From: a virus
Lineage: Duplodnaviria; Caudoviricetes
Reading direction: 5' to 3' (one strand)
Virus record (IMG/VR): IMGVR_UViG_3300032218_004357
Location: 8,080-72,079 of that record
DNA length: 64,000 nucleotides
A model generated the notes under the pieces. It ran no database searches and had not been told where the DNA came from. It saw nothing but the letters and a program-made list of their open reading frames with translations. Of the stretch, positions 38,556 to 48,443 are shown piece by piece; position 1 is the stretch's first letter; each line of letters starts with the position of its first letter. The position numbers were made by a program, and so were the translations under genes.

Positions 38556-38816
38556 GTGGCCGAGCACGACGACGCCATCGAGCGGCTCCTCAAGGAGTCC
38601 ATGCCGGACTCCATCATCACCAACTACATCGCAATCGTCGAAGTGCTCGACGACGAGGGTCGCAAGTTGCGGCTCTCGATGTCGGAGGGAATGACGCCGT
38701 GGCTTGCGCTCGGGATGTTCCAAGGCGGCAGCCGGATCATCGAGGCATTCGACGACGCCGAGGAACTCCTCGGGTACTGCGACGGCGATGACGACGACGA
38801 GGAGTACGACGAATGA
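38556..38816 (+). CDS. Small acidic hypothetical protein
   Basis: GGAG RBS before the GTG; ATGA overlap with the holin. Confidence 0.6.
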   Translation: MAEHDDAIERLLKESMPDSIITNYIAIVEVLDDEGRKLRLSMSEGMTPWLALGMFQGGSRIIEAFDDAEELLGYCDGDDDDEEYDE

Positions 38817-39028
38817 GCGTTTTTGTCAAGCGGTTGCTGGAGCGATCGGTGCGAGCGTTCGTCGCGGCGGCCACTGCCGCGGTGGCGGCGGGCATCGCGT
38901 CGAGCAACCTCTCGATGCCGAGCATCAAGGCGGTCCTCATCGGTGCGGGCGCTGCGGGCGTCTCGGCCGTGATGACGGTTCTCTCGCAGTACACGGGCGA
39001 CCCGAAGAGCGGTTCGTTCGTCGAGTAG
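38813..39028 (+). CDS. Holin (r1t-like/actinophage type)
   Basis: 71 aa, LERSVRAFV N-terminus, two TM segments, GDPKSGSFV tail. Confidence 0.75.
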   Translation: MSVFVKRLLERSVRAFVAAATAAVAAGIASSNLSMPSIKAVLIGAGAAGVSAVMTVLSQYTGDPKSGSFVE

Positions 39029-39212
39029 TCCGAGGTGGCGGTCCGGGGGTGCGCGACATGAAACGCCGCCCTCGGATTTGCCTACTTGAACTGTTCAACA
39101 ACCCCTGAACACCTACGTCATGCGCTAGTATCTACAGGGATCGTTACCTCGGTAACGTCATTTCGCAGTACCATTCGAACACACATTCACCCCGTCGAGG
39201 GAGCGCTGCCTC

Positions 39213-39608
39213 ATGTCCATCTCGAACTACCTCGAGGCGAAGATCCTCGACCACGTTCTCCGCAACACCTCGTACACGCCCGCCAGCACCGTGTACCTCG
39301 CTCTCCACACCACGGACCCCGGCGAGACGGGCACGGGTGCTGAGGTGACCGGCGGTTCGGGCCCCTACGCCCGGAAGTCGATCACCTTCGCCGCGGCCTC
39401 GGGTGGCTCGATCGCGATGGACACGGTCTCGGCCCACCCGTCGGGCATCGACTTCTCCGGCATGCCGGGCTGCACGGTCACCCACGTCGCCCTCTGGGAC
39501 GCCCTGTCGAGCGGCAACTGCCTGTGGTCCGGCGCGCTCACCTCGAGCCGCACGGTCACCGCCGGAGACACGCTGCGCATCACCAGCCTCACCGTCACGC
39601 TGGACTGA
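39213..39608 (+). CDS. Conserved small tail-associated structural protein
   Basis: SISNYLE...VYLALHT.DPGE.GT..EV.GG..YAR...THVALWDA.SSGN.L pattern common in phage fibre/collar proteins. Confidence 0.72.
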   Translation: MSISNYLEAKILDHVLRNTSYTPASTVYLALHTTDPGETGTGAEVTGGSGPYARKSITFAAASGGSIAMDTVSAHPSGIDFSGMPGCTVTHVALWDALSSGNCLWSGALTSSRTVTAGDTLRITSLTVTLD

Positions 39609-39612
39609 TCCC

Positions 39613-40338
39613 ATGCCGCTCTTCAGCGGATACCTGCCGTGGACGGGGTTCGGTACGAGCGAGTTCCCGTACCAGAACTACCCGCTCCAGATCGCGTTGC
39701 AAGCGCGCGCCAACATGGTGCTCAACGGGTACTCGTGCTTCGACGCCACGACGGGCGTCCTCATTGCCGATCGCCCGGCGATCGACACTCGCTGGAACGA
39801 GATATTCAACGGGTGTACGCGGCTCGTCGAGGTCGGATCTGGCGTGCTCTGCGAGTTCTCCATGTCGCAGGAGACCTACGACTACCTCGCCTCATCCTTC
39901 GTCGGGTACGGAGGACAGGACACGTCGAAGCGATCGTGGCGCTGTGAAGGATCGCTCGACGCATACCTCGCGTACATCGTCAGCGAACGACACGCGTACG
40001 TCGAGCGATTCCGTGAGGCCTACCCGCTGCTGAACTGGACGGGCAATGCCGTCGGCTCGGCGTTCGAAGTCCTCGATGAACTGCGACTCGGCGACACCAT
40101 CGAGCAAGACCTCTGGGCTTACTACCGACAGGTCTTCACTCCGGCGCTCCCAACCGACGAGCAACCGGCGCTCCTCTTCGAGCGCGATGGCATTCGCGCC
40201 GTCGCTGCGAAGATCGATCGGTGCCTCGAGTTCGCAACCGCTTCCGACGACCTGACGAATCCGATTCGTCGGTCGGAACTCTGCTACTGGCTCATCGTCT
40301 ACACGGAGTGTCTGAACGCAACCGGCTTCGAACTGTAG
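39613..40338 (+). CDS. Hypothetical protein
   Basis: Contiguous ORF in the structural operon. Confidence 0.6.
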   Translation: MPLFSGYLPWTGFGTSEFPYQNYPLQIALQARANMVLNGYSCFDATTGVLIADRPAIDTRWNEIFNGCTRLVEVGSGVLCEFSMSQETYDYLASSFVGYGGQDTSKRSWRCEGSLDAYLAYIVSERHAYVERFREAYPLLNWTGNAVGSAFEVLDELRLGDTIEQDLWAYYRQVFTPALPTDEQPALLFERDGIRAVAAKIDRCLEFATASDDLTNPIRRSELCYWLIVYTECLNATGFEL

Positions 40339-40344
40339 GGCCTG

Positions 40345-43299
40345 ATGACAAAACGCACCGCGTCATTCACCGGCTCCGATGGGGCCACGTGGCCTGCAGT
40401 CACCAAAGCAAGCGGTGGCACCGATTCTTGGACCGCATCGTATTGGGGTTCGACGCCAGCATTGAGCGTCGTTGAAAGCCTCGTCACGGCGATCAGCACG
40501 AACCGCACCGCGTTCGGACTCGGCATCAACACGATTCCGTCCGTCTATGGCAACGGCGTGTTCGACTCGGGTACCGACGCGGCGACGTTCAACGTGCCGA
40601 CGGCCGCTGGTGCGACGTTGCCGAACTACCTCACGGTACCCATCGGACCAGCGATTCTCTTCGTGATGAGCGCGCACATCGCGCAGCACTACCATGAAAT
40701 CGACATCGTCAACTGTACGAACCAGTTTCGATACCCCTATTCGGGGAAGACGCTGACGTACACGCGTTTTGCCGACTACGGATGGACAGCGACAATCAGC
40801 ACCGTCTTGACGTACTTTCGTATGACGGCATGGATCGTCTCGAACGGCGATACGACTCGAGCGGCCGGACGCGTGCGCGTGAACGCGTGTTCGTCGCCGG
40901 GCCGCAGCGCGTACACGACAACAAGCGGCAATGCAGGCGCCACGACCACGGCGCCGCTGAACTCGACGCTCACCGTTCAAACGTGGCACGGGCACGTCGT
41001 GGGCATCTACGGCGCCGACGATGGAGGGACTGGAAACTGGGAAGCCGGTATCCGTACCGCCAATATGGCGACCACCACCGATACCACGGCGACAGCCACT
41101 GTGACGTTGCCGTCGACGCTCACCAAGTCGAACAACCGGGTACTCGGTTTCTTTGGTCGCGCCGCCAGCACGACAAGCGTCGTCGCAGCCGCCGGACCAA
41201 CGGGCGGCAACTCCACCGTACTCTCCATCGCGAACAATTCGAGCCCGAACTCCACCAGTGCGGCCGTACTCGGCGCTATCGGATCAACGACTGATGGCAC
41301 GGCGCGAAAAGCGCAGAAGTCCGCTGCCGTCACCATTGGCTCGTCTGGCACGCAGTTCTACGGATTCGGCGTTGAGATCGTTGACTCATCAACGGCGCAG
41401 GGCGATACGTTTCCTAGTAACGCCAACTCTTACATTGCGCTTGGTCTTCTGCCAGCAAACAACGCAACGCATAGCGACGGCACGACGTCGCGCAACGTCG
41501 AGGTAACCGTCACTGCCTCATCGGCATCAGCGTATCGATACGGGCTCGTTACTCGATACTGCACGCATATCGACGGCAAGAAGTACGGCATCCATTTCTC
41601 GAACCTCGACGCCTCGGGTACTTCTGGATCCGGGCACTACGCGCTGCGTGCGTCCTACCTGATCGACGGTGCGGGCGAGACGACGATGGCGTACTACGAC
41701 ATCGGCACCGTTGCTCCCGGTACGTTCCGCAACATTGCGTGTCGCGCCGTCCAGTCGGCTGGCGGCGGGATCTGGTTGACGATGAAGGCGTGGATCGACG
41801 GTGTTTCGGAACCGGCGTGGCCCACCTCCGAGTCGACGGTTAGTTCGAAAGATACGAGTAACAGCGCGGCTCAGTGGGCGATCCTCAACGCGGTCGACAA
41901 CGGATCGGTCGCCCAGATCATCGCCGGGTACGCCGGACAGGTCGGCATCTGGGGCACCGTCACGCCCGCAGATTCGTTGAACACACCCGTTGTGACCGGC
42001 GCGCAGTCCATCAACGCGATGACTGACCTGTCGATCGCAACCGGCAGCGCGACGATCACCGGATCCGGCGGCGCATCGGTGCCGACCGACAAGATCTACG
42101 GGATCCTGCGCGAGTCGGTGACGCTCTCAAGCACAACGAGCGAGATCGCCGTCGGCGTCATCGTGCGCGAAGTCGCGTCGGTCACCCTCGACTCGAGCGC
42201 AGGCACGCTCACCGCTGCGTCGACACCAGTGCTCGTGGCGTCGCCCACGATCACGGCATCGAGCACGCTCACCGCTGGCACCCTCATCGTCGGGCGGACG
42301 ACGAGCACGCTCACGGGCACCGCCGACCTCGAGGCGTCAGCGATCGTCGTTGCACCTGCTGTCGGCACGTTGAGCGGATCGTCGACGTTCGAGAACGTGG
42401 CCTCGATCGGCGTGCTGCCGACGACGGCAAGCCTGTCGGGTAGCACGAACGATGATGGCGTCGTAGCGGTCGAGGTTCTTCCGGCGACGGCGAGCCTGTC
42501 GGGGGCGAGCGACCTGACGGCGGAGTCGATCATCGCGAGCCTGCAGGTCGCCCTATCGGCGACGAGCACCCTGTCGGCCAGTGGGCGCACGCTGATCGTT
42601 GTGTCGGCCGGGTTGGCGGCAACGTCGAGTTTGTCGGCGATCGGAGAGACGGGATCGACAACCACCCTTTCGGGGGCAACCGGCGCGTTGACGGCGACGG
42701 CTGATCGGGTGCTCGTGGCGACGGCGAGCCTGTCGGGGTCGAGCAGCGCGACGGTAGCGACGGACAGCGTGCTCGTGACCGAGGCAACGGCGAACGGTAC
42801 GAGTGGCGGGAGTAGCGCGTCGCTCCACCTGAACGTGGTGACGGCCTCGAGCACAGGTGCCGGTGTGCTGGTCGGCGATGCGACGCACATCAACGTCACG
42901 CAGGGTGCGGCGACCGGTGCCGGATCGTTGACCTGCGATGCCACGCACATCAACGTGGTGCAGGTCACGTGCGCCGGACAGGGGAACGTCGACGTCAACG
43001 TGACCGTGGAGATGTTCGCTGAGTCTGTACTGCAGGGAGTCTCGACGCTCGCGATTGCTACGCAGGGAGTGCTCTACGAGACGCCGTCGCTTGCGGCGAT
43101 CGGGCAGATGGTCGTCGAAGGCCGGTGGGTTCACTTCATTCCGGACACGCTGCGGGAGACGTACAGCCTGAAGATCGGGAACTCGGTGGCGTCGACGACG
43201 ATCCCGCCACTTCAGCGAGCGCAACGCAACGTGGAGATGTACGTGTCCACCCGCAAAGCGATTGTCGGTAGTTACACTACAATTGCTCTTGACGAGTAG
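40345..43299 (+). CDS. Large Thr/Ser/Ala-rich structural protein with ~20-aa beta repeats
   Basis: 984 aa; C-terminal third is repeated (A/S)x(L)xGx(S/G)xL units. Confidence 0.62.
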   Translation: MTKRTASFTGSDGATWPAVTKASGGTDSWTASYWGSTPALSVVESLVTAISTNRTAFGLGINTIPSVYGNGVFDSGTDAATFNVPTAAGATLPNYLTVPIGPAILFVMSAHIAQHYHEIDIVNCTNQFRYPYSGKTLTYTRFADYGWTATISTVLTYFRMTAWIVSNGDTTRAAGRVRVNACSSPGRSAYTTTSGNAGATTTAPLNSTLTVQTWHGHVVGIYGADDGGTGNWEAGIRTANMATTTDTTATATVTLPSTLTKSNNRVLGFFGRAASTTSVVAAAGPTGGNSTVLSIANNSSPNSTSAAVLGAIGSTTDGTARKAQKSAAVTIGSSGTQFYGFGVEIVDSSTAQGDTFPSNANSYIALGLLPANNATHSDGTTSRNVEVTVTASSASAYRYGLVTRYCTHIDGKKYGIHFSNLDASGTSGSGHYALRASYLIDGAGETTMAYYDIGTVAPGTFRNIACRAVQSAGGGIWLTMKAWIDGVSEPAWPTSESTVSSKDTSNSAAQWAILNAVDNGSVAQIIAGYAGQVGIWGTVTPADSLNTPVVTGAQSINAMTDLSIATGSATITGSGGASVPTDKIYGILRESVTLSSTTSEIAVGVIVREVASVTLDSSAGTLTAASTPVLVASPTITASSTLTAGTLIVGRTTSTLTGTADLEASAIVVAPAVGTLSGSSTFENVASIGVLPTTASLSGSTNDDGVVAVEVLPATASLSGASDLTAESIIASLQVALSATSTLSASGRTLIVVSAGLAATSSLSAIGETGSTTTLSGATGALTATADRVLVATASLSGSSSATVATDSVLVTEATANGTSGGSSASLHLNVVTASSTGAGVLVGDATHINVTQGAATGAGSLTCDATHINVVQVTCAGQGNVDVNVTVEMFAESVLQGVSTLAIATQGVLYETPSLAAIGQMVVEGRWVHFIPDTLRETYSLKIGNSVASTTIPPLQRAQRNVEMYVSTRKAIVGSYTTIALDE

Positions 43300-43322
43300 T
43301 TGGTGCGTGGAGGCGCCTCGGT

Positions 43323-43670
43323 ATGGCTGGAACTAAATGGTATGCCAAGCAGGGCGACCAGTACGGGTACATCACCGAGCAGTTGCTCGACGAGAACCTC
43401 GACCCCGTCGACCTCACCGCGGTGATGTCCGTGACGTTCGAGATGCAGACGCCCGGCTCAAGCCTGCCGACGGTCTCTGACAGCCAGAACTGCGAAGTGC
43501 TCGGCGATCCCCTCAACGGGATCGTGCGGTACCAGTGGCAACCGGGGGACCTCGACGCCCACGGCCAGTACTTCTTCGAGTGGCGGGTCTGGTTCTCGAC
43601 CGATCGGGTCCAGACGTTCCCATCGAACGGCTACAACTTCATCGAAGTGCTCCGTAAACTCAACGATTGA
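43323..43670 (+). CDS. BppU N-terminal-like Ig-fold baseplate/fibre protein
   Basis: KQGD...L.D....VDLT...V.F....GIVRYQW..GDL...G.Y..E..V.F.....TFP..GY pattern. Confidence 0.7.
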   Translation: MAGTKWYAKQGDQYGYITEQLLDENLDPVDLTAVMSVTFEMQTPGSSLPTVSDSQNCEVLGDPLNGIVRYQWQPGDLDAHGQYFFEWRVWFSTDRVQTFPSNGYNFIEVLRKLND

Positions 43671-43711
43671 CCACTGCCGAACTAGGCTGCCATCCCAAGG
43701 AGGGATATCGC

Positions 43712-43930
43712 ATGAAATGGTTGGATCGATTCCGTAGCCCCCAGCGGGTTGAGGTGTACGAGGATGCCGAAGGCCGCTGGCGTTGGCGTGCTATCGCCCG
43801 GAACAGTCGGGTGGTCGGCGCCGCCGAGCAGGGCTACGCGTCCAAGTACTACGCGTCGACGAAGGCCAAGCAGTACGCCGAGGTGCTCGGCTGCGAGGTC
43901 GTCGTGATCCAGTCCACGGACGAGGCGTAG
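43712..43930 (+). CDS. YegP/DUF1508-family protein
   Basis: EVYED..G.WRWR..A.N..VV...EQGY.SK signature. Confidence 0.8.
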   Translation: MKWLDRFRSPQRVEVYEDAEGRWRWRAIARNSRVVGAAEQGYASKYYASTKAKQYAEVLGCEVVVIQSTDEA

Positions 43931-43952
43931 TGCGCCGCCCGGGAGGGCGGTC

Positions 43953-44300
43953 GTGAACGCTGGGGACCAGCAGCCGGACGCGCTGCGCTGGCACGATGAC
44001 GAGCATCGGCTCTGGCTCCAACTCGTCCGGTCGGACCTCGTCATCGCCACGACCCTGTGCCCCCACAACGGGGATCCCGAGGCTCCGTGCCGGAGCCGTC
44101 AGGCGGCGTGCATCGTCCAGCACTTCATCGAGCGGTTCGGCCTCGACTGCAACGTCGGAGTCTGCGCGCCCGCCGAGTACCTCGATATCGCTTGGGCGGT
44201 GGTCGGCGACAAGGACGACCTCGACCTTGCGCAGGTCTGGGTCATTCCGACGTCCGACGACGTATTCGCCGCGTGGCGGGCTACGCAGGATTCTGCGTGA
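43953..44300 (+). CDS. Hypothetical protein
   Basis: GGAGGG RBS; Cys-containing 115-aa ORF. Confidence 0.6.
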   Translation: MNAGDQQPDALRWHDDEHRLWLQLVRSDLVIATTLCPHNGDPEAPCRSRQAACIVQHFIERFGLDCNVGVCAPAEYLDIAWAVVGDKDDLDLAQVWVIPTSDDVFAAWRATQDSA

Positions 44301-44553
44301 GTTCCGCTGCGGTCCGGTGAAGCAGGATCATCAACTCGGTCTGAGTCTGTACGCCAACCTTGACGTACATGAATGAGAGCCGGTTTCGGATGGTGCCCCT
44401 TGCGAGGTACAGCGCTTCGGCCATCGTGGCGACCCGGTGGCCGGTGGCGAGCATGTGGAGCATCTCGATTTCGGTCTCGATGAGTTCGTAGCGGCTGCCG
44501 ATGATGTCGGCGGCCTCGCACGTGTTGCGTGCGACGTCGATGACGTTCGTCAT
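44281..44553 (-). CDS. LuxR/GerE-type HTH regulator
   Basis: E.EML..LATG.....MAE.LYLARGTIRN.LS.MY.KVGV..Q.EL. Confidence 0.82.
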   Translation of the reverse strand: MTNVIDVARNTCEAADIIGSRYELIETEIEMLHMLATGHRVATMAEALYLARGTIRNRLSFMYVKVGVQTQTELMILLHRTAAELTQNPA

Positions 44554-44636
44554 GGCTTGAGTCCTCCCGTTGTTGAGCGCAAGTGCGCTCTGCCCGGTGC
44601 GTTCACTGCCGAACGTGTCAAGGATATCGCGAGTTC

Positions 44637-45029
44637 CTAGTGGGCGGCAAGAGCCAAAGCCCGAAGAAACGCAACGCTATCGCGATGTGAGAGGACTCGC
44701 TGAAGGTCAAACGTGTAGGTGTTTTGACGCCCAACACGTGTCCTTACCCCCCATTCTGCCCCTACCAGACGCGTCATTGCGTGTCCGACGTTCGCAGAAG
44801 TCAGCCCCAGCCGGTCCGCCGCCTGCTGGAGGCTCGTGTCCGGGTGGGTCATCAGGTCGACGAGCACTCGTCCGTTGAGCGTCAGGAGCGACGGCTCGGG
44901 AGCACGCTCCTCGCGAGCGTTGAGCGCCGCGATGACCTGATCGGCGAGTGCCTCTGTGTCCGCATCGTTGACGACCGTCGCGAGCGCTGCTGCAATCGCA
45001 GGGCGAAGTTCCGCATCGCTGATCCTCAT
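44637..45029 (-). CDS. Winged-helix (MarR/AsnC-like) DNA-binding protein
   Basis: GGAGG RBS; RVLVDL...PD.SLQQAADRLGLTSANV..AM.RL...RVGRQN.Y. Confidence 0.7.
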   Translation of the reverse strand: MRISDAELRPAIAAALATVVNDADTEALADQVIAALNAREERAPEPSLLTLNGRVLVDLMTHPDTSLQQAADRLGLTSANVGHAMTRLVGAEWGVRTRVGRQNTYTFDLQRVLSHRDSVAFLRALALAAH

Positions 45030-45132
45030 GTTTCCTCCATTGCTGTCGTCAGTTGCTCGACGCGAGTGCTCTGATGAGGCAAACTGTATGGACGTCATTC
45101 GGTAAGAGCAAGCGTTCGACAATGGAGGCAAC

Positions 45133-45354
45133 GTGACGTCTCGACGTGAAGTCGCCTCTCTCATTGCCGGACCCGTCGTTCTCCTCGTGGTGACGATCGG
45201 TTACAACACCGTCGCAACGAAAAAGAAAGTGCCAACAATCTCCACTGGTATTCGGTGGGCAGCACGTGATCCATTCGGAGCGTGGGTTGCCGGTGGCGTC
45301 ATCGGTGGGCTACTCGCCCACTGGTTCCTCACACAGGAGAGCGAGAGTACGTGA
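45133..45354 (+). CDS. Small membrane protein
   Basis: Two hydrophobic segments, 73 aa. Confidence 0.5.
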   Translation: MTSRREVASLIAGPVVLLVVTIGYNTVATKKKVPTISTGIRWAARDPFGAWVAGGVIGGLLAHWFLTQESEST

Positions 45355-45602
45355 GTTTCTCGGACCGCCTAGCGGAATCTCAAAGCCTGCGGGAAAACAC
45401 CCGAGGTTGCCCAATGGCTCGCATCCTCGAGAGCATGGATGAGGCCGACCGCACCGCTTGCGAGGCTGCGCTCGCCGACCACAAGTTCTCGATCCTCCAG
45501 ATCGTCGGAGTCCTGCGCGCCGAAGGGTACCGGATCAGCCGGACGAGCGTCTCCGACCATCGCGCTGATCGCTGCCTCTGCAAGGTCGAGGCCGAGCAGT
45601 GA
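45351..45602 (+). CDS. Small Cys/His-containing HTH-like protein
   Basis: C....H R...C.C pattern; GTGA overlaps with both neighbours. Confidence 0.6.
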   Translation: MSFSDRLAESQSLRENTRGCPMARILESMDEADRTACEAALADHKFSILQIVGVLRAEGYRISRTSVSDHRADRCLCKVEAEQ

Positions 45603-46816
45603 GCATCGAGGAACGGCTCCTCGGCCTCCAGTCGGACACCACCGAGGACTACCGGACCTCTGAGCCGCCGAAAGGCTGGCAGCCGGGCGTCATCTGGGAT
45701 GGCACGACCGGCACGATCACGACCGGCACCCTCACCGAACCGCCGACCGACTGGAGTCCGCTCCTCAAGGCTCGCGGCATGGACCCCGACGTCTACGAAG
45801 TCGTGGGCGACACGATCAAGTGGTGCTCGTACGACGGGTGGAAGCGCGACAACCCTGACGAGGCGGCGTACTCGTCGGTGTGCTACTCGTACCGGGCTGA
45901 ACTCCGGCTGAAGCGCCCGGATGCTCCGGACCTCGAGGCCCTCCACGCTGAAGTCCGTAAGATCAAACCGCCGAAGAAGGATCCGGTCGGGAGCGTCGAC
46001 CAGCACCTCGTCGTTCTCCTCTCCGACTGGCAGGTCGGCAACGGCGACGCCGGAGGAGCCCGAGCGCAACTCGAGAAGATCGCAGCACTTCCCGACCAAC
46101 TCGTTGCCCACATCAAGGGACTCCGCAAGGGCGGTCGCGATATCGGTCACGTTGTCATCGCTGGGATGGGCGACCTCGTCGAGAACACCTGCGGGTTCTA
46201 CCCGTCGCAGCCGTTCCTCACCGAACTCGACCGGCGAGAACAAGCCCGCGTCGTACGTCGCGGCGTCCTCGACATCCTGCGCGCTATCGCTCCCCACGTT
46301 CCCCGGATCACCGTCACCGCCATCGCCGGGAACCACGGCGAGAACCGGCAGAACGGAAAGCGGATCACCGGGTTCGGCGACAACGACGACGTCGCCGCAT
46401 TCGAACAGGTCATGGAGATCTGCCAAGAGAACCCCGACGTGTTCGGACACATCGGATGGCGGCTCCCCACCGACCGGATCGCCACGAGCATCGACCTGTC
46501 CGGGCACATCGTCGCGTTCACCCACGGGCACCTCGCCAAGCCCGCCGGGAACCCGGCCAACACGCTCTGGAACTGGTGGGAGAAACAAGCGATGGGCCGC
46601 GAGTATCCGGGCGTCGCCGACGCCGGGATCCTCTGCTCCGGGCACTACCACCACCTCAACGTCCGAGCCCAGTCGAACCGGGTGCTGTTCATCGCCCCCA
46701 GCCTCACGAAGGTCGGAGACTGGTGGGCCAATGCGACAGGAATGCGAACCGACCCGGGCACCCTCACGTTCTGTGTTGACCCCGCAGGCTGGAGCGCACT
46801 GGAGATCCTCCGATGA
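45599..46816 (+). CDS. Calcineurin-like metallophosphoesterase (Mre11/SbcD-like)
   Basis: SDWQVG, GDLVE, GNHGE, THGH, GHYHH motifs. Confidence 0.85.
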   Translation: MSIEERLLGLQSDTTEDYRTSEPPKGWQPGVIWDGTTGTITTGTLTEPPTDWSPLLKARGMDPDVYEVVGDTIKWCSYDGWKRDNPDEAAYSSVCYSYRAELRLKRPDAPDLEALHAEVRKIKPPKKDPVGSVDQHLVVLLSDWQVGNGDAGGARAQLEKIAALPDQLVAHIKGLRKGGRDIGHVVIAGMGDLVENTCGFYPSQPFLTELDRREQARVVRRGVLDILRAIAPHVPRITVTAIAGNHGENRQNGKRITGFGDNDDVAAFEQVMEICQENPDVFGHIGWRLPTDRIATSIDLSGHIVAFTHGHLAKPAGNPANTLWNWWEKQAMGREYPGVADAGILCSGHYHHLNVRAQSNRVLFIAPSLTKVGDWWANATGMRTDPGTLTFCVDPAGWSALEILR

Positions 46817-47109
46817 ACCCCTTCCGACGCCGATCAAACAAAACAGAGCAGATCGAAGACAAAGCGATCAGCCACCTCGTAGCCCGCCACCCACGCGACT
46901 ACGTCACCCAATGCGCCACCAGCATCCAAGCGATCCCCAATGGCGGGTCCATTATCCCGTGGCGCTACCGTCGCCAACTCAACGTCGCCCTCGCCACCGC
47001 AGAAAACCAATTCGTCGCAACCCACATCGACGAATACATCGAAATCGTCAGCATGCTCGCCGCCGCCGAAGACCTCGCCCACCTCACCCCCGAGGACTTC
47101 CACCCATGA
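46813..47109 (+). CDS. Hypothetical protein
   Basis: ATGA overlap with the phosphoesterase stop. Confidence 0.5.
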   Translation: MNPFRRRSNKTEQIEDKAISHLVARHPRDYVTQCATSIQAIPNGGSIIPWRYRRQLNVALATAENQFVATHIDEYIEIVSMLAAAEDLAHLTPEDFHP

Positions 47110-47248
47110 GCCCCTGCCGAACCCTCCACAACCTCACCCGCATCGGGCACGCCCTCACCACGTTCACCCACCACCTCGCCCGGCAATGGGTCACCGACCA
47201 CACCACCCTCCTCCACCACCAACCCCCCTCGTTCCTCGGAGGCCGGAC

Positions 47249-47659
47249 ATGGCGGTAAACCCCACCACCAAGCGCGGACACTCCTCCCAACGAACCAACC
47301 CCACCAGCACAGACCGTCTTACGAAGACGGAACGCCTAGGGATGGTGAAAGAACCCGTAGAGGACAGAACACACCCCGAACATCCCTACACACCTCACCA
47401 GATCCTCTGGGACCGCTGGACCAACACCCACCACATTCCGATCCTCGAAATCCACTGGCTCGACGCCATCAGCACCGGAGACGACTGGATCACCGAACAC
47501 CACATCGACACCCGCCCAGCCCCCAGCATCGCCCTCGGCTACCTCACCGCCCAAACCGAACACACCATCACCATCACCGCACTCATCAACGAAGAACACT
47601 ACGCAAACGGCATCACCATCCCCAAAGGCTGCATCATCCACACCCGGACCATCAACTAA
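47249..47659 (+). CDS. Hypothetical protein
   Basis: GGAGG RBS before ATG 47249; C-terminal 'IHWLDA' and 'ITIPKGCI' resemble a common small phage family. Confidence 0.55.
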   Translation: MAVNPTTKRGHSSQRTNPTSTDRLTKTERLGMVKEPVEDRTHPEHPYTPHQILWDRWTNTHHIPILEIHWLDAISTGDDWITEHHIDTRPAPSIALGYLTAQTEHTITITALINEEHYANGITIPKGCIIHTRTIN

Positions 47660-47976
47660 TGCCCAACACAGACCACACCCCCAACACCGATACGCAAGCC
47701 AACAACTGGATGCAACACGCCAACTGCAAAAACCAAACCCACCACATGTTCCCCCAACACCACAAAGACGCCAACTACATCGAACACGCCCGACACCTCT
47801 GCAACAACTGCCCAGTCAACGAACCCTGCCTCAACTACGCCCTCGAATTCCCACCCGCCGACATGCACGGCGTCTGGGCAGGACTCACCCCCCGCCAGTT
47901 AGCAGCCGAACAACGAGCCCGCGGCATCCGAGCCATCCGACCGACCTTGGCCGCAATGTGGGGCGACAACCAGTAG
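47659..47976 (+). CDS. whiB: WhiB-family Fe-S transcription factor
   Basis: W..HANC...F...ARHLCNNCPV...CL.YAL.....GVWAGLT..Q: four Cys plus the G(V/I)W.G turn. Confidence 0.9.
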   Translation: MPNTDHTPNTDTQANNWMQHANCKNQTHHMFPQHHKDANYIEHARHLCNNCPVNEPCLNYALEFPPADMHGVWAGLTPRQLAAEQRARGIRAIRPTLAAMWGDNQ

Positions 47977-48443
47977 ACGACCTTGCGGCCGAAATGGAAG
48001 TGGCTCGCAAGGTGGCGATGGGTCAAGCGAAACGGTGGGGACTTTACGGGCATGCCCTTGACGATTTGTTGGGTGATGCGTATCTCGCTGCGGTGATCTT
48101 GTGTCGGGAGTGGGATTCCGGGAAGGGTGTGCCGAGGGTTGTGTATGTGGGGAAGTATTGCGAGCGGCGGACCATTGACCTTCATCGGGAACGGTACGGT
48201 CGGAAGCCGGGTCCTGTTGAGGTGCCGTTTGATGAGGAATGGGACTCGCCGGATGTGGGGGCGGAACTGTCTGAGTTTGCGGTGGTGATGGCTCGTATCC
48301 CTGAGGGCCGGGAACGGTATGTGGTGTGCCGGTTGTTGGAGGGGGCGTTTCAGCGTGAGATTGCTGTGGAGTTGGGAATCTCGAAGACCAGAGTGAGACA
48401 GTTGATTGAACGGGTCGGGAAGTGGTGTGAGGTGGAGTTCTGA
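47958..48443 (+). CDS. Sigma-70/ECF-like factor
   Basis: Region 2-like DDLLGDAYL...WD..KG and region 4 HTH QREIAVELGISKTRVRQL. True start may be 47994. Confidence 0.7.
   Translation: MGRQPVDDLAAEMEVARKVAMGQAKRWGLYGHALDDLLGDAYLAAVILCREWDSGKGVPRVVYVGKYCERRTIDLHRERYGRKPGPVEVPFDEEWDSPDVGAELSEFAVVMARIPEGRERYVVCRLLEGAFQREIAVELGISKTRVRQLIERVGKWCEVEF

Noticed and set aside
39029-39076. Hairpin after the holin as an intrinsic terminator or ncRNA
   Set aside because: The stem (TCCGAG..GGCGG / CCGCC-CTCGGA) has a 24-nt loop and only a TTT tail; too weak to call.
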